From Vermamoeba vermiformis (lineage: Eukaryota): a DNA stretch of 64,000 bases. Where the stretch lies: the NCBI GenBank assembly GCA_045837725.1, contig JBEWZL010000232.1, forward strand, positions 248,001-312,000, read 5' to 3'. The notes beneath the pieces are model-generated. The model ran no database searches, was not told where the DNA came from, and saw nothing but the letters and a program-made list of their open reading frames with translations. Position 1 is the first letter of the stretch; each line of letters opens with the position of its first letter. The translations under genes and the position numbers were made by a program. Shown one piece after another: positions 11,865 to 25,037 of this stretch.

Positions 11865-13819
11865 ATGTGGTCGTTAGTGCGCAAGTCTGTAACACCTGTG
11901 CAGCGCTGTGAGTTCAACTTTCAGATCGCCAAAAAATTAATTACAACAATATTCATAATATTCATAATAATAATTTGCATTTATTAGTCCTTAGGAGCAA
12001 CAAGTCGCAAATAACACGCAGCGTGCACGGTAATTAACAACGTAACTTGACGCGCCTTTTAACGCTCCCAGCAGAACACCAGCCGCGCGAGTGGTCAGAG
12101 TCTGACTCAGGTCACGTGACTGGCGTGCGCGTCATCAACTCGCTGCTCCACCACGACAGACTGGTGCCACTCAAGACACGTGAGCCCAACACGATCACGT
12201 GGTATACCTGTGGCCCGACGGTGTACGATCACGCGCACTTGGGACACGCGCGGAATTATGTGACAGTAGACATCTTGCACCGCATATTGAAAGAGTTTTT
12301 CCGCTTCGATGTCCACCACGTGCTCGGCATGACAGACATTGACGACAAGATTCTCAATCGCGCACGTGACTTGCAAGTGTCACCTGTCACCCTGGCACGT
12401 CAATTCGAGCGCGAATTCTTTGCAGACATGCGCGCAATGAATGTGCAGCCCCCGAGTGTGGTGACACGTGTCTCGGAGCACGTGCCCGAGATTCAACAGT
12501 TCGTGGAGCAGATTACCAAAAATGGCTATGCGTACAAAGCAGCGAGTGACAGCATCTACTTTGACGTGACAGCCTTTCAACAGCAGCACGTGTACGGCAA
12601 GCTCAAGCCAGAGCTCACACTCGTGCCCGAGTCAGATCCAGATCTCACCGCGCAGCAGCACCTCCACGACAAGCGCGCACCACGTGACTTTGCGCTGTGG
12701 AAGTCGCAGGACGGCGGTCGACCAGGGTGGCACATTGAGTGCGTGGCCATGTCGCATGCCATATTAGGCAAGCACTTCGATGTGCACAGCGGTGGCATTG
12801 ACTTGAAATTTCCGCACCACAACAACGAGGTCGCGATTGCCGATGCGTATTTGAGTGGTGACAGGTGCCAGCACGCGTCAGAGCGCGAGTGGGTGAACTA
12901 CTTTGTGCACATTGGCCACTTGAACATCAAGGGCCTCAAGATGAGCAAGTCCCTCAAGAACTTCATCTCCATCAAGGTACGTACTCGCGGTACTGCGTTG
13001 TGCGCCATTCACTGAACCACGCATTCACTGAACCAGGAGTATCTGAGTCAGTACGGAGCGAATGAATTCCGTCTGTTCTGTCTCATGTCGCCCTATCACA
13101 GCACCCTCGACTACACCGAGCAGCGTGTCGTGGATGCGCGGCAGATCTTCAAGCGATTCGACGAATTCTTTTCTTCGCTCAATCACGTGATTCGTCGCGC
13201 GGAACAACAGGAGCACGTGTCACATCGCTGGTACGCCGAAGAACACGCCCTCCACGCGTCCCTGGTCGAGTGTCAGCAGTCCGTGCGCAGGTCGCTGAGT
13301 GACAACTTTGACACGCCCCTCGCGATCAGTGCGCTGCTGCACCTCACGACACGCACGGCACACTATCTGCACGCCACGGAACTGCGCGGACACGTGCTGC
13401 TGCTCATCACCCTCGTGCGGGACTATGTCTCGCGCATGTTGACCACATTTGGACTGCAGGGCTACGATCACGTGACGGTGCAGCGCGGCAGTGCATCACG
13501 TGACCAGCAGCAGTTCACGCAGCTGCTCGATGTCTTGGTGCACGCGCGACACGAACTGCGCGCTGAACTGTTGCACGCACTCAAAGCGAGCAGCGAGTCA
13601 CGTGATCAAGCACGTGATCTCATTCAACGCCTGCTGCCACTCGTGGACAAGATGCGCGATGAGCTGGTGCCGCTCGGCATCAAGCTGGAAGACAGCAAGG
13701 GCAGCACGGTGATCAAAGAGATCAGATCTGATCCGCGTACTGAAGCTGCGCTGCAACAAATGCGCGCCAAGAGCAAACAACGCAGTGAAGAGCTCAAAGA
13801 GCCGCACAAGCAGTCCTAA
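11865..13819 (+). CDS. CARS2: Cysteinyl-tRNA synthetase, probably mitochondrial
   Basis: WYTCGPTVYDHAHLGH, GRPGWHIEC, GGIDLKFPHHNNE and KMSKS motifs. Basic presequence MWSLVRKSVTPVQR from two small upstream exons. Confidence 0.9.
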
Positions 13820-13862
13820 TACCACTACTAGTAGCACCATGTACATAAATCAGTTTACATCC

Positions 13863-14498
13863 CTACACGAGTCTGAGAATAGCCGCCATGAATTCGGGCA
13901 AGTCTTCAGGTGTTTGCGCGGAGACGAGCGTGCCATCCACCACCACCTTGTCGGTCGAGTACTCGGCACCTGCATTGATCACATCGTCCTTGATCGCAAA
14001 GAAGCACGTGCTGCGTCGTCCTTTGAGGATCTTGGCGCTGATCGACACCCAAGGGCCGTGGCAGATGTGACCGATAATGCCGCCTGCTTCGTGCACGGCT
14101 TTCACCAGCGACAAGCACGCATCGTAACGGCGCAATCGATCGGGGGCATACCCACCGGGTATAATCAGCACTGCTACTCTACAGTCCAAGTGCGGTGTTA
14201 AGCTAGGTGCATATATAGAGTGGCACTGTAGTCTACTCACTTGGCGGGGTCAATGTCACTGAAGACACAGTCTGATTGGGCCCAATAGCCCTCCTTAGAC
14301 TTGTAGGTCTTATTCGCTTCGGGTCCTGCAACTTTGACTTCGAATCCTGCTTCTTTAAGGCGCAATCTGGGGCAAGCAATAATTAATTTGCATGCAATTT
14401 AATTATACTGGAAATATTAACAATTAATACCTCGGATAGTGCAGCTCTAAGTTCTCGTAATTATCATCAGCTAATATTACTCCGAGTTTTTTGGCCAT
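13863..14498 (-). CDS. PfpI/DJ-1 family (type 1 glutamine amidotransferase-like) protein
   Basis: Three exons: DNYENLELHYP, IIPGGYAPDRLR, ICHGPW, VVVDGTLVSAQTPEDL. Confidence 0.9.
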
Positions 14499-14682
14499 CT
14501 GTTTTATTACAACTTAGTTCAAGCTCGCAAGTGGTATATAATATCTCAATAATAATCTTTCTATATCAGTTGAAATACTACTCACTTGTGCTGTGCTTGA
14601 CGTGATTTAAATGTCATTCAATTCTTTCACGAGTCATTTTATTTTTTTGCACGCGAGCGCAGCACTTGGATTCGACGCAGAG

Positions 14683-17600
14683 ATGAGTCGATCACTGTAT
14701 ATACCACTGCTCAATGGTACTGAACAAGTCGCAGTGCCGCTCGATGCATTGCCTGACGCTAGCGAGTTCATTCAACTCTTGCGAGATGAGAAGTGCTCCA
14801 TCCGCACTTGGCTCAAATGTGCAGTAAGTGGTGTATTTATTAGTATTTATTTATCTACATTCAGCCACAATTCTCGTGTTTGTAAGCAATAGCACGGAAT
14901 TGATAATATTATTAAATTATCAAAAAATTCACTTTAAAATGCACAATAAATGCAGTGCTTCCAATTAGCACGAAAATACTGCATATAGCACTCACATAAC
15001 AATATGCATCTATTAATAAATTGCTAGTCTGCCTACAATCGTCAAGGCAAGTTCGAGGCCTATCGACAGCTGTTAACGGGTCTGCAAGCTGAGCGTGGTG
15101 AGTATCTAATTGACGCACACACAGCACGCAGCAATTGATTATATATCGCTGCTGAATAGGCGAGCAGTTGAACAAAGAGTCCAAAGCAGATCGACTCGCG
15201 GTGCTGAATGCGCTCGCTTCCATGTACACACAACTGGCGCGCAAAGAAAAAGACAACAAGAAGCGCGAAGAATATTACAATCAAGCCACACAACACTACA
15301 ACCAAGCTGATCGCATTGATGTGCACGAAGAACAGACCTGGATCGGCAAAGGTGTCACGTACTTGGCGCGCGGTCAGACAGAGCGCGCTGAATTTCAATT
15401 CGAGACCGTGCTGCAGCAGAATGCGCGCAACATTGCCGCACAACTCGGCAAGGCGAGTGTGCAGATGGAGAAGAAGAACTATCACCACGCCCTCGCGAGT
15501 TATTCCGCCGTGCTGGAACAGCTGGGCAGTGTGGGGCAAGGTCAGTACGCGAGTCACTACGAGGTGGAGGCCCATCGACACGTGTTCACCACGGCACTGC
15601 TCGGACTCGGCGAGGCGTACTGGCGACTCAATCACAGCGAGCGCGCACGAGCCTGCTTTGAACGCGCGAGTCAGCTCGACGACAGCTTGGCCCTGCCCCT
15701 CGTGTACCGCGGTCTGCTCGATCTGAATGTAGCGGCGCGTCACGAGGACAAGCACGCGCGCAACAGATACGTGGTGTCGGCAGTGACGTTGTTCAAGCGC
15801 GCGTACGATCTGCACGCCCAGAACAGCGTGGCACTGAATCACCTGTCGAGTCATCTGTTCAGCAAGCGCGACTACGACAAGGCACGCACACTGGCACTGC
15901 AGGCCTATCATCAGACCAATCAGAAGAAGATACAAGCCGAGGCCTGCTACAACATTGGCCGCACCTATCACGCAGAGGACAATCTCGATCAGGCCTTCAA
16001 GTACTACACGCAGGCCATTCAGCTCTGGCCCGATTACGTGCTGGCACTCTACACGCTGGCACAGCTGTACATTGCACGCAACGAACTCGACAAGGCGACA
16101 GATCTGCTCGACAAGGCCACCAAGCACCAACAGAGCGACACGACTGAAGTGATCAAGCTACTCGCTGAGCTCTGTGCTGCACGTGAGGACGAGACCCGCG
16201 CACTGAATCTGTTGAAGCACGTGACCAATCAGATCGAGTCACGTGACACTGCGGATGTGGTGCTGTGGCTGGCACGTGCACAACTCACACAGCGTCATGA
16301 TCCGCACGATGCACTCGTGGCCTATCAGCGCGCACGTGATCTGCTGGGTCTGGACAAGGACGACAGCAGTGCCCTGACCAGTCAGACCCTCGCCGTGCTC
16401 AACAACAGTGCCGTGCTCAAACACTTGCTGCACGACGATCAGGGTGCAGAACAAGATCTAAAGCGCGCACTGAGCAGCGATGAAGAGCAGTGGATGAGTC
16501 CTGCGCGCGTCACACTGGCCTACAACCTCGCGCGACTGTGGGAGGACGAGCACCACACGCGCCGCGCACACGATCTGTACAAGCGCATATTGAACGAGCA
16601 CCCAGCCTACTTGGAGTGCTACTTCAGACTCGGACTCATGGCCCGTGCTCGCGGTGATATATTGGAGGCCGGCGAGTGGTTCAAAGAGCCAATGAGTGTG
16701 CAGCCCAACGATCTCGGGGCCTGGACGCTCTGGGCCAATATGAACCTCGAGAAAGGCGAGCTCAACACGGCGCAGAAGAAGTTTGAGCGCGTGCTGGCAG
16801 TGGACAAGAACGAGCCCTACGCCAATGTGCAGCTCGCCACTGTGTACGCCACTGCAGCCCATCAGACTGTGGTGAGTGACAGCGCGAGTGAGACACGCCG
16901 CGACAAGCACTTGAAGAACGCGCTGGACTTTTATCATCGCGCACTCAAGCAAGACCCCAGCAACATCTACGCCGCTGTGGGTGTGGCCATCGTGTTTGCT
17001 GAGCGCAAAGAATACGCGACAGCCATCGACCTGTTCAATCGCATTCGCGAACAGATCACCGCTGCCAACAAGCAGAACAAGACGCAGTGGGACATTGAAG
17101 AGCCGCACCTCAATCTCGCGCACTGCTACATGCACACCAAGCAGCACGAGAAGGCGGTGCTCTTGTACGAGATGTGCTCGAGCAAGTTCCACCACAACAA
17201 GGACGCAGCACATCTGTTGTACCTCGCCCACGCGTACTTCAAGAACGAGCAGTACGAGCACTGCTTCAGAGCGCTGAACAAGGCACTCTTCTTGAGCCCA
17301 CAGCTGCTGGACTCGTGGTACGGCATGGCAGTGTGTCTCAAAGAGTTCGGAGTGCGCGCGTTGATGCAGTTCCCGCGCAACAATGTGTCGCAAGGTGCAC
17401 TGCTCATCGCGATCAGTGAGGTGCGTCAGGCCATCAAGTCACTGGAAGTGGCAGCACCGATATTTGAACGATTGCACTCGATGAAAGATGAGCGCAGCAA
17501 GCGCATGTTCAGCACGACCAAGTGCGCACTGTACGAGCGCATCTGCAGCAACAATGTCGAGCAGTTGAAAGAGAACCTGAACGAGCTGGAGAAGCGGTTG

Positions 17601-18520
17601 TCTGACGCAGAACAAAGTGCGCGCGAACGTCAAGAGAAAGCCCGTCAATTCATGGAACAAAGGCTGCGCAATGAAGAAGAGAAGGCGCGCTTGGAAGAGG
17701 AACAACGAGCACGCGAAGAAGAACTGGCGCAGAAGGTACTCGAGGAGAGTCGTCAATTGAAAGAACAATACAAGCGACTGCACGAACAAGAGGAGCAGTT
17801 GAACAACTTGGCAGCTGAAGAGGACGAGGGCAAAAGGGTAATTAGACTTAATATTTTTGACTGTATTATCGCGCCATATTAATCGCATTGACCTTCAGAA
17901 ACGCGGCAAGAAGAAAAAGAAAGCAGAGGACGACGAAGAAGAGATTGTATATGACACTTCAGCACCTGAATATGCTGAGCCTACTGAACCACTCACTGCC
18001 GAGCAACAAGAGGGTCGCAGATTGGTACGTAGCATTGCTCGATAACTCGGTACAATAGGCACTCATCGCACTACAGAGTGCACTGGATGAAATCAAAAAG
18101 AAGCGAGGAGCCAAGCGCCCTCGTGACAGCGAAGAAGAAGAGGGCTCGAGTGAGCGCAAGAAGAAGAAGAAGCACAAGTCCAAGGACAAGAAAGACAAGA
18201 AGGAGAAGCGACGCGAAAAGAAGCGCAAGCGACGCGAGGAGGAAGCAGAGGAGGGCGAAGAAGAGCAGCGTAAAGAGAAGCGAAGGCGCATTCGCAAGCA
18301 GACCGACGACGAGTCGAAAGAGAGTGACTTGGAACTGGATCTGTCGAATGAAATTTCGAGCGTGAGTGGCGACAGACACAACGAGATGAGAGACGACGAG
18401 GACAATAAGGAGAGGGAACGAGGACAATAAGGAGGCAGGTGATAATGTTAACGAGGACAATAACGAGGACAATGGCAACCAAGTCCCGCAAGAGGAGCCC
18501 GCGAATGCCGAGACCACTGA
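14683..18520 (+). CDS. CTR9: PAF1 complex subunit CTR9
   Basis: N-terminus SLYIPLLNGTEQVAVPLDALPD...LRDEKCSIRTWL, long TPR array, DPSNIYAAVGVAIVFAE, HLNLAHCY, charged coiled-coil tail; multi-exon. Confidence 0.88.
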
Positions 18521-18575
18521 TTAGAGCTCATATGACACGAGTTCTATTTACTTGTAATAAAAAAAGAATTCAAAT

Positions 18576-20399
18576 TTACAATTTGCTGAGCACTGTCTTC
18601 ACGTGCGTGTACTCTTGCAAGGCATATTCACCCAGATCACGACCAGCACCGGTCTGTTTGGCCCCTCCGAATGGTGCGTTGTACTTGACAATGTTGTACG
18701 TGTTGATCCACACCAGACCTGACTTGACGCGCTGATGACACGAGAGTTAATAAGCACCCCATTCAATGGGTAGTGTAGTGTCCCTTACTTGTGCAAATTT
18801 GTTGGCTTTGGAAATGTCTTGGGTCCACACCGCTGCTGCGAGACCGTACGGCGAGTCATTGGCTGCACATCAATTGGTGAGACTAGTGGCCACTACGCTC
18901 GAATACTGCACTCACCCTTGGCCACGGCATCTTCCAAGTCCTTGAACTTGAGCACACTCAGCACGGGACCGAAGATCTCTTCGCGTGCAATCGCCATGTT
19001 GTCAGTCACTTCGCTGAACACCGTGGGCTCCACGAAAAATCCTTTGTCGCCAATGCGCTGATGCAGTGATTAATAGGGCACTGCACTGCAGTAGTGACAC
19101 GACTCACCTTGCCACCGCACATCAATTTGGCACCCGCTTGTTTGCCCTTATTCACGTAATCGAGCACTGCAGCACGTTAGACATAGCCACTGCCATTGAG
19201 GCACGTACCTTTGTTGAACTGTTGCTGGTCTATCAATGGACCATTCATCGTGTTCGCAGCGAAGGGGTCGCCAACCACAATCTTGCGCGTCTCTTCAACC
19301 ACGCGCTGCACAAACTGGTCGTAGATCTCCTCTTGCACGTAGAGTCGACTGCCTGCACAACAGTTCTCGCCCATGTTAGCGAACAGGGCCATGGCACACT
19401 CGGGTGCGGCCTTGTCCATGTCACAGTCTGCAAACACAATGTTGGGACTCTTGCCTCCGAGTTCCAAGCTGACTTTCTTCAAGTTGGATTGTGCGCTGTA
19501 CTGCATGATCAAGCGACCAGTCTGCGTGCTGCCAGTGAAGGCAATCTTGTCCACGTCACTGTGCAGGGCCAGTGCCTTGCCTGCAGTCGCGCCAAAGCCA
19601 GTGACGACATTGAGCACACCGCTGGGCAGACCAGCTTCAAGTGCCAGTTGACCGAACAAGAGCGCTGTGAGCGAGGTCTGTTCCGCTGGCTTCACGACCA
19701 CTGTGCAGCCCACCGCGAGGGCTGGTGCGACTTTCCAGGTCAACAACATGAGCGGATAGTTCCACGGCACAATGATGCCGCACACACCAATCGGCTCGTG
19801 CGTGGTGTAGCACAAGTAGTCGCGCTCAGTGGGGATTGTCTTGCCGTGGTACTTGTCCACCCAGCCTATCACGTGTCAGTCCAAACATGTCACGCATTCA
19901 GTGAACACACGTGCACGTACCAGCATAGTAACGCACCACATTGGAGGCCTGCACGACATCGTAGCCCAGCACCGCTTGGAATGGTTTGCCAGAGTCGAGT
20001 GCTTCCACTTTGGCGAGCAATTCGCCGTTCTGTTCAATCAAATCTGCGAGTCTAATAATGTGGTCATTATTATAGCGCTATTAATGTATATGTAGTCTGT
20101 AATTGATTGAAGGGACACAAATTGAAATGTAAAATATTTGCAAAATGAGAGTTAATGCCAACTCACTTGAGCAACACCTTAGCTCGTTCCATAGGCAACA
20201 TATTGCGCCAAGGACCAGTCTCAAATGCAGCTCTAGCCTCCTTCACTGCCAGATCTACATCTGCTGCATCAGCTTCAGCGAGGGTTGTCAACACAGCGCC
20301 AGTGGCTGGATTGAGTGTTTCAAATCGTTTGTTGCTCGCAGCCTCGCGCCAAGTGCCGCCAATGAGCAGCTTCGTGTTCACTTTGCTGAGTGCGTCCAT
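18576..20399 (-). CDS. Aldehyde dehydrogenase (ALDH1/2-like)
   Basis: [52 protein letters not shown]; multi-exon. Confidence 0.95.
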
Positions 20400-21055
20400 T
20401 GTGTTGTTGCGCGTTGTGTCGAGAGTGCTTTGTCTCGTGCCGCGCGCAGTACTTGCAGTGTCAACGAGGCATAGTGTTCCAGCACTATGGGCGGTGTGGC
20501 TGCGTCATCGTCGATAGTCGAGTCCACATATGGTGCTTCCACTGGTCCCTCAAACAGCTCCGAATCCGCTTTGGCCAAGAATCTTTTCGCATTGCGGCTA
20601 GAGTCGTGCAGTGTTAGCCATCGACCGCGCTCAATGGTGTGATTGACTGCAGACCTCTTCTTAGGTTGCAACGCGACAGAGCAATGTGCTTGTTCTTCAA
20701 CACTTGGAAGAGGCTCAACGGGATCTGATCGCAAAACAGGTGTGTAGCTGACTTGTAGCGGCTTCGGACGACTACTAGGATACTTCATAGCTACTTTAGG
20801 CGGCAACTTGACGACTGAAGCCTCTCTGTCGCGGTTCGTTGTGGCCCGAGCAGTACGCGGCTCAGACTGGATGCGCGAATAGAGCTGTGCTCGGCGTCGA
20901 TTAGGCACTACATTAGGTGGCAGTGGTGCAGCTGGGGGCTGGTATGGCTCGACAGGCTTGCAACTGAGCGGAGGTTGAGGCAGCGAGGAGCAGACATAGA
21001 GCGAGGGCTTGGTTCTGTTGAGCCACGAGCGCAGTACCGCTCTCTTGTGGTCCAT
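20378..21055 (-). CDS. Hypothetical Pro/Arg-rich protein
   Basis: 225-codon ORF filling the gap between ALDH and the MAPR gene. No recognisable family; exon structure uncertain. Confidence 0.4.
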   Translation of the reverse strand: MDHKRAVLRSWLNRTKPSLYVCSSLPQPPLSCKPVEPYQPPAAPLPPNVVPNRRRAQLYSRIQSEPRTARATTNRDREASVVKLPPKVAMKYPSSRPKPLQVSYTPVLRSDPVEPLPSVEEQAHCSVALQPKKRSAVNHTIERGRWLTLHDSSRNAKRFLAKADSELFEGPVEAPYVDSTIDDDAATPPIVLEHYASLTLQVLRAARDKALSTQRATTQWTHSAK

Positions 21056-21192
21056 GGCAGTGTAGCGGAGTGAGCAATGAACTTCAATCGCTGCGAATTG
21101 TAACGACTGAATCCAAGCACGTGATCAAGCACGTGACTGAGTGACATTTCATGATGCGCACCAGATTGTAGATTCTTCAACTAGAAACAAAG

Positions 21193-22060
21193 ATGGCAAC
21201 AGTTAGCAGACGACAGAAGGTTGAAGGCAATATTAAACAAGATAAGCCGGCAGCAAAACAAGTCACGGCAGCGAAGAGCGGATTTGGCATTAAAGTTGTC
21301 TTATTTACTGTGTGGCTTATGTAAGTAGAAATTAGATAAATTAATACCATAATATTTCCACAAATTATGAACACATTTCGGCACGTTACAAATACCGACA
21401 CTCCATCCAGCGGGCTGGTCGCTATTCTGCACTACACCGAGCTCTTGTCCCTCAGCGCATTCACCAATTACGCGCGCAACACATTCTCAGGCAAAGGCGG
21501 GCGCGTATTCACCAAAGAAGAGCTGAGCAAATACGACGGTAAGCAGCAGCACCGATTGCAGTCCCCCGCGCCACTCACACAGCAGTCCTATGTGCAGGCC
21601 AGGACCCCTCGCTGCCCCTCATGCTCTCAGTGCGCGGACGAGTGTACGATGTGAGCAAGGGCAAGAAGCACTACGGGCCTGGCACGGGCTACAACTTCTT
21701 CACTGGCCGCGATGCCACGCGCTCCTTCTTGACGTGAGTAGTGAGAATAGACCCAGATATATATATATATGGTGCAGTAGTCTCAGCTGACCACTCGCAG
21801 GGGCTGTTTCGACAAAGAATGTTTCGCCAAACAAGCCAAGGGCACTGCAGGGCTGAGTGAGAGCGAGCTGAAAGAGATTGACGACTGGGTGGCATTCTAC
21901 GACAAGGTACTACTATATATGGCTATATTGGCAACTGCTCTTTGTTGCTGATCGTGCGATTTCCTTATTTGGAATTACAATCGTGCGACACGTGTAGCAA
22001 GTCACTGACATTTTGCAGACTTACGAGTACGTGGGTCAGTTGCCAGACTGGGACCAGTGA
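21193..22060 (+). CDS. MAPR / cytochrome b5-like heme/steroid-binding protein
   Basis: One TM helix, then [61 protein letters not shown] over five exons. Confidence 0.9.
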
Positions 22061-22213
22061 GCTACGACTAGTACTATCAGCGAGCAGTGCTGTGTAACGT
22101 GTTGCTTGTGCCAGCTGGCAGCAGTGTAGTTAAATTCTCGGCTAATTTACGCCAAATTTCCGCGTGTCTTGTCTTTGAGATTCTTTACTTGAAATATTGC
22201 TCAATGCAGCACA

Positions 22214-24910
22214 ATGGACAACCCCACCGAATATGTATTCGATTGTACTGCTAGACTCAGAAAAAAGGTTGAGGGCAGATTCAAGGTGACGAGGAACAAT
22301 CAAATCCACTTTGTTTCTGCTGGGGACCCTATTGTAATTCATATTGCAAAAATAGACGGTAGGTAGATCATTATATGATGAATAATATGCTTATTAGACA
22401 CAGCTTATTAGTCAAGCAAAATTTCTCGTTTGAAAAATAGGAAAATTTGTCGTGCTTAACAATAAAATTCAATTATAGGCGATGTAGGAATTAATGATCC
22501 CACTAAAACCAATGGCAAAGCATATATCAAAATTAAATACGCTGGCGAAGACTTAATATTCGAGTTGCGATCTCAACATGGATCGCCCAGTCCAGCAGAA
22601 CTCCAGAGCGAATTTATGCGACTATACTCGCGTATTATCAAGCACGTCAAATCGTCGAGCAACAGCGAACACATCTCACCACGCAACAACGAGCCAGCAG
22701 TCCCCAACAACAATTCTCAGAATGAGCTGTCGAATGGCAGCCTGGATCCTGAGACTGGCCAGCCCAAGAAGAATAAGGTGCAGTTTGATATACAAGTAGT
22801 GGACTCGAAGAAGATTGAAGAGGGTGCTGATCCTCACGTCGAATATCGCGTGGTGAGCAAGACCAATCTGCCGCACTACAGCAGCACGCACCACGAGGTC
22901 TATCACCGCTACTCGGAGTTTGAACTGCTGCGCCGTCAACTGACTGAGCGCTATCCGAGCATCGCTGTGCCGAGTCTGCCCAGCAAGTCATTCGTCAGTA
23001 CGTACCAGCAGACCTCTCGATGCATTGATGACTAATTCGCCGCTAGATCGATTCAATCCGCAGTTCATTGAAAATAGATGCAAAGATTTGAACGAATTCA
23101 TGAAAAAGATTGCAACTTACAAGGAAATGTACCGCGACAGCTATCTGCAGCACTTCTTGGAGCACTCATCGGTAAGTCACCACTAGCACAACTCTCGTGT
23201 TGACACGTGTCAATCTCAGACCAGCGACACCAAGCCAGCCCCACCGAGCTCGAGTGGCTATCTGAGTGTCATCAGTCAAAAGCTGGCCGATCAGCTGATT
23301 GACAACCGACTCATCTCCGCAGCCGAGAAGAAGATCGTCAAAGCATTCGGCGAGGGGCCACAACCGCTGTTCAAATCAGCCGTGGAAGAGGACTACTGGA
23401 AGATCAAACAGCTCATGAAGCGGTGGCACTTGACGCCCAAGAAGTTGCCGTTTGACAAGTTTGTGGTGCTGTTGCTGGGCGTGACGAGTGCGGGCAAGAG
23501 TGCCTTTGTGAATCACTTCTTCACACTGCCCTGCAAGAAGTCGAGTGCGGGACAGCTCGACACCAACTACACCATCATTGAAGTCGTCTCGGCCGATGTG
23601 TTCGCCAAGTAAGTCCTGCACACTGCACGCAGCCCTCACTAACGCGCTGCTCAGATTCTCAAAGCGGTACCGTGAAGTGCGCGACACGCAGCACGGTGAG
23701 CCGATGACGTGGTTCACGAGTGACGAGCTGCATGCCCCAGTGAAAGAGCTCAGCAGCGACAAGCGGTAAGTGCATGCACTCGACACGATGCAGTCTCTAA
23801 GCACAGTGCAGCAATGGCGTGGTGTTCCACTATCTGAGCAATGTCGAGACCTACACGCGGTACGAAGAGCAACTGTCGCAGATCATGATGGACAAGACCT
23901 CGCGCGAGGTGAATTTGTTTCAGAGCATTCTCATCAACGACGAGTTCTTGCTTGCCGATGACGAGGAGCACCCTGACATGTACGTGGCACTCGCTGACCT
24001 CTGTTTGACACGTGTCACTCACCCATTCCGTTCAGTGAACTCGCCCGTCGCACGATCATGATTGACAGTCCAGGCTTTGACAGCGGTGACGACTATCATC
24101 AGCTCGCAGACGACTTCTTGGGCAATCTGCGTCTGTTGCAGTTCTTGATCAACATGAGCGACTTCACGCTCTACATGATCCCTGCCACGCAACTCAACAT
24201 GGTCTCCACGCAGATAGCCATGCTCGAGCTCGCCATTCTCTACGCCATTCACGGTGCCTCGGCGATGAATGATCTGACACAGGCCGCGTACTCGTTCAAA
24301 AAGACGACCAAGAAGAACTTGATGGCGCAGCTGAGTGACTTCATTGGTGCGCATATAACTATTGTAGTGCTGCTCTGTCATTCACTAACTGCGCGTGATT
24401 AGCTTCCAAGATCAGCAAGAACGCAGATGAAGTGCGCTACAAAGGCACGGCCTATTGGAACAAGTTCTTGTTTGTCCTCTCGCAGATTGGTAAGACCATC
24501 CATATTGTTACTTGTTCGCTGTTGACACTTTGCTTCCAGATCTGGTCTCGCGCTCGTACGGCAAGCAGTCAGTGAATGACTTCCGCGAGCAGTTCTACGA
24601 GATTGGTCGCTTGCTTGGCCGCACCCTGTCGTACTTGGATCCGCCCGTGTGTGACAGCATTGTGTGCATTGGACTGCCCGAACACCAACAGACCTCCAAT
24701 GTGGTCGTGCAGGGGGACCTAGCCGTGCTCAAGTCCAAGCTGCAGGCACGCGATGCACAAGCTCCGTATTATCAGAAGCTCGAAGAAGCCATTCGAAACA
24801 TGAGTCACGAGCTGCAGACGCAGATCAGCTCGTCGTGGAGCACGCTGCTGACGAGTGACTTGCAGACTGTGAGCGACATACTCAAGCGGTCCCTTGAACG
24901 CACCAAGTGA
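22214..24910 (+). CDS. PH-like + PX domain + EHD/dynamin-like P-loop NTPase
   Basis: PX: HVEYRV..VYHRYSEFELLRRQL..PSLPSK..FIENRCKDLNEFM. NTPase: LLGVTSAGKS, IDSPG, NKFLFVLSQID. Exons join in frame through GT-AG introns. Confidence 0.7.
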
Positions 24911-25037
24911 GTACTCGCAGCTACCTTGGACTGCCCTCCTTGTACATAGCCTGATCACGTGGTTTGTAAATAAAATTGAGATTGCGCGTGAGATTTTGTT
25001 ATTCCAACTCGATTGAATTGAACACCAACCACTAGAT

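Noticed and set aside
18395-18475. GAGGACAATAA repeats as a CRISPR-like or regulatory array
   Set aside because: They encode the EDNKE/EDNNE low-complexity tail of CTR9.
5043-18520. BDP1, the TFIIE-XPB fusion and CTR9 as a transcription gene cluster
   Set aside because: They are interleaved with unrelated genes in a dense genome; no evidence beyond proximity.
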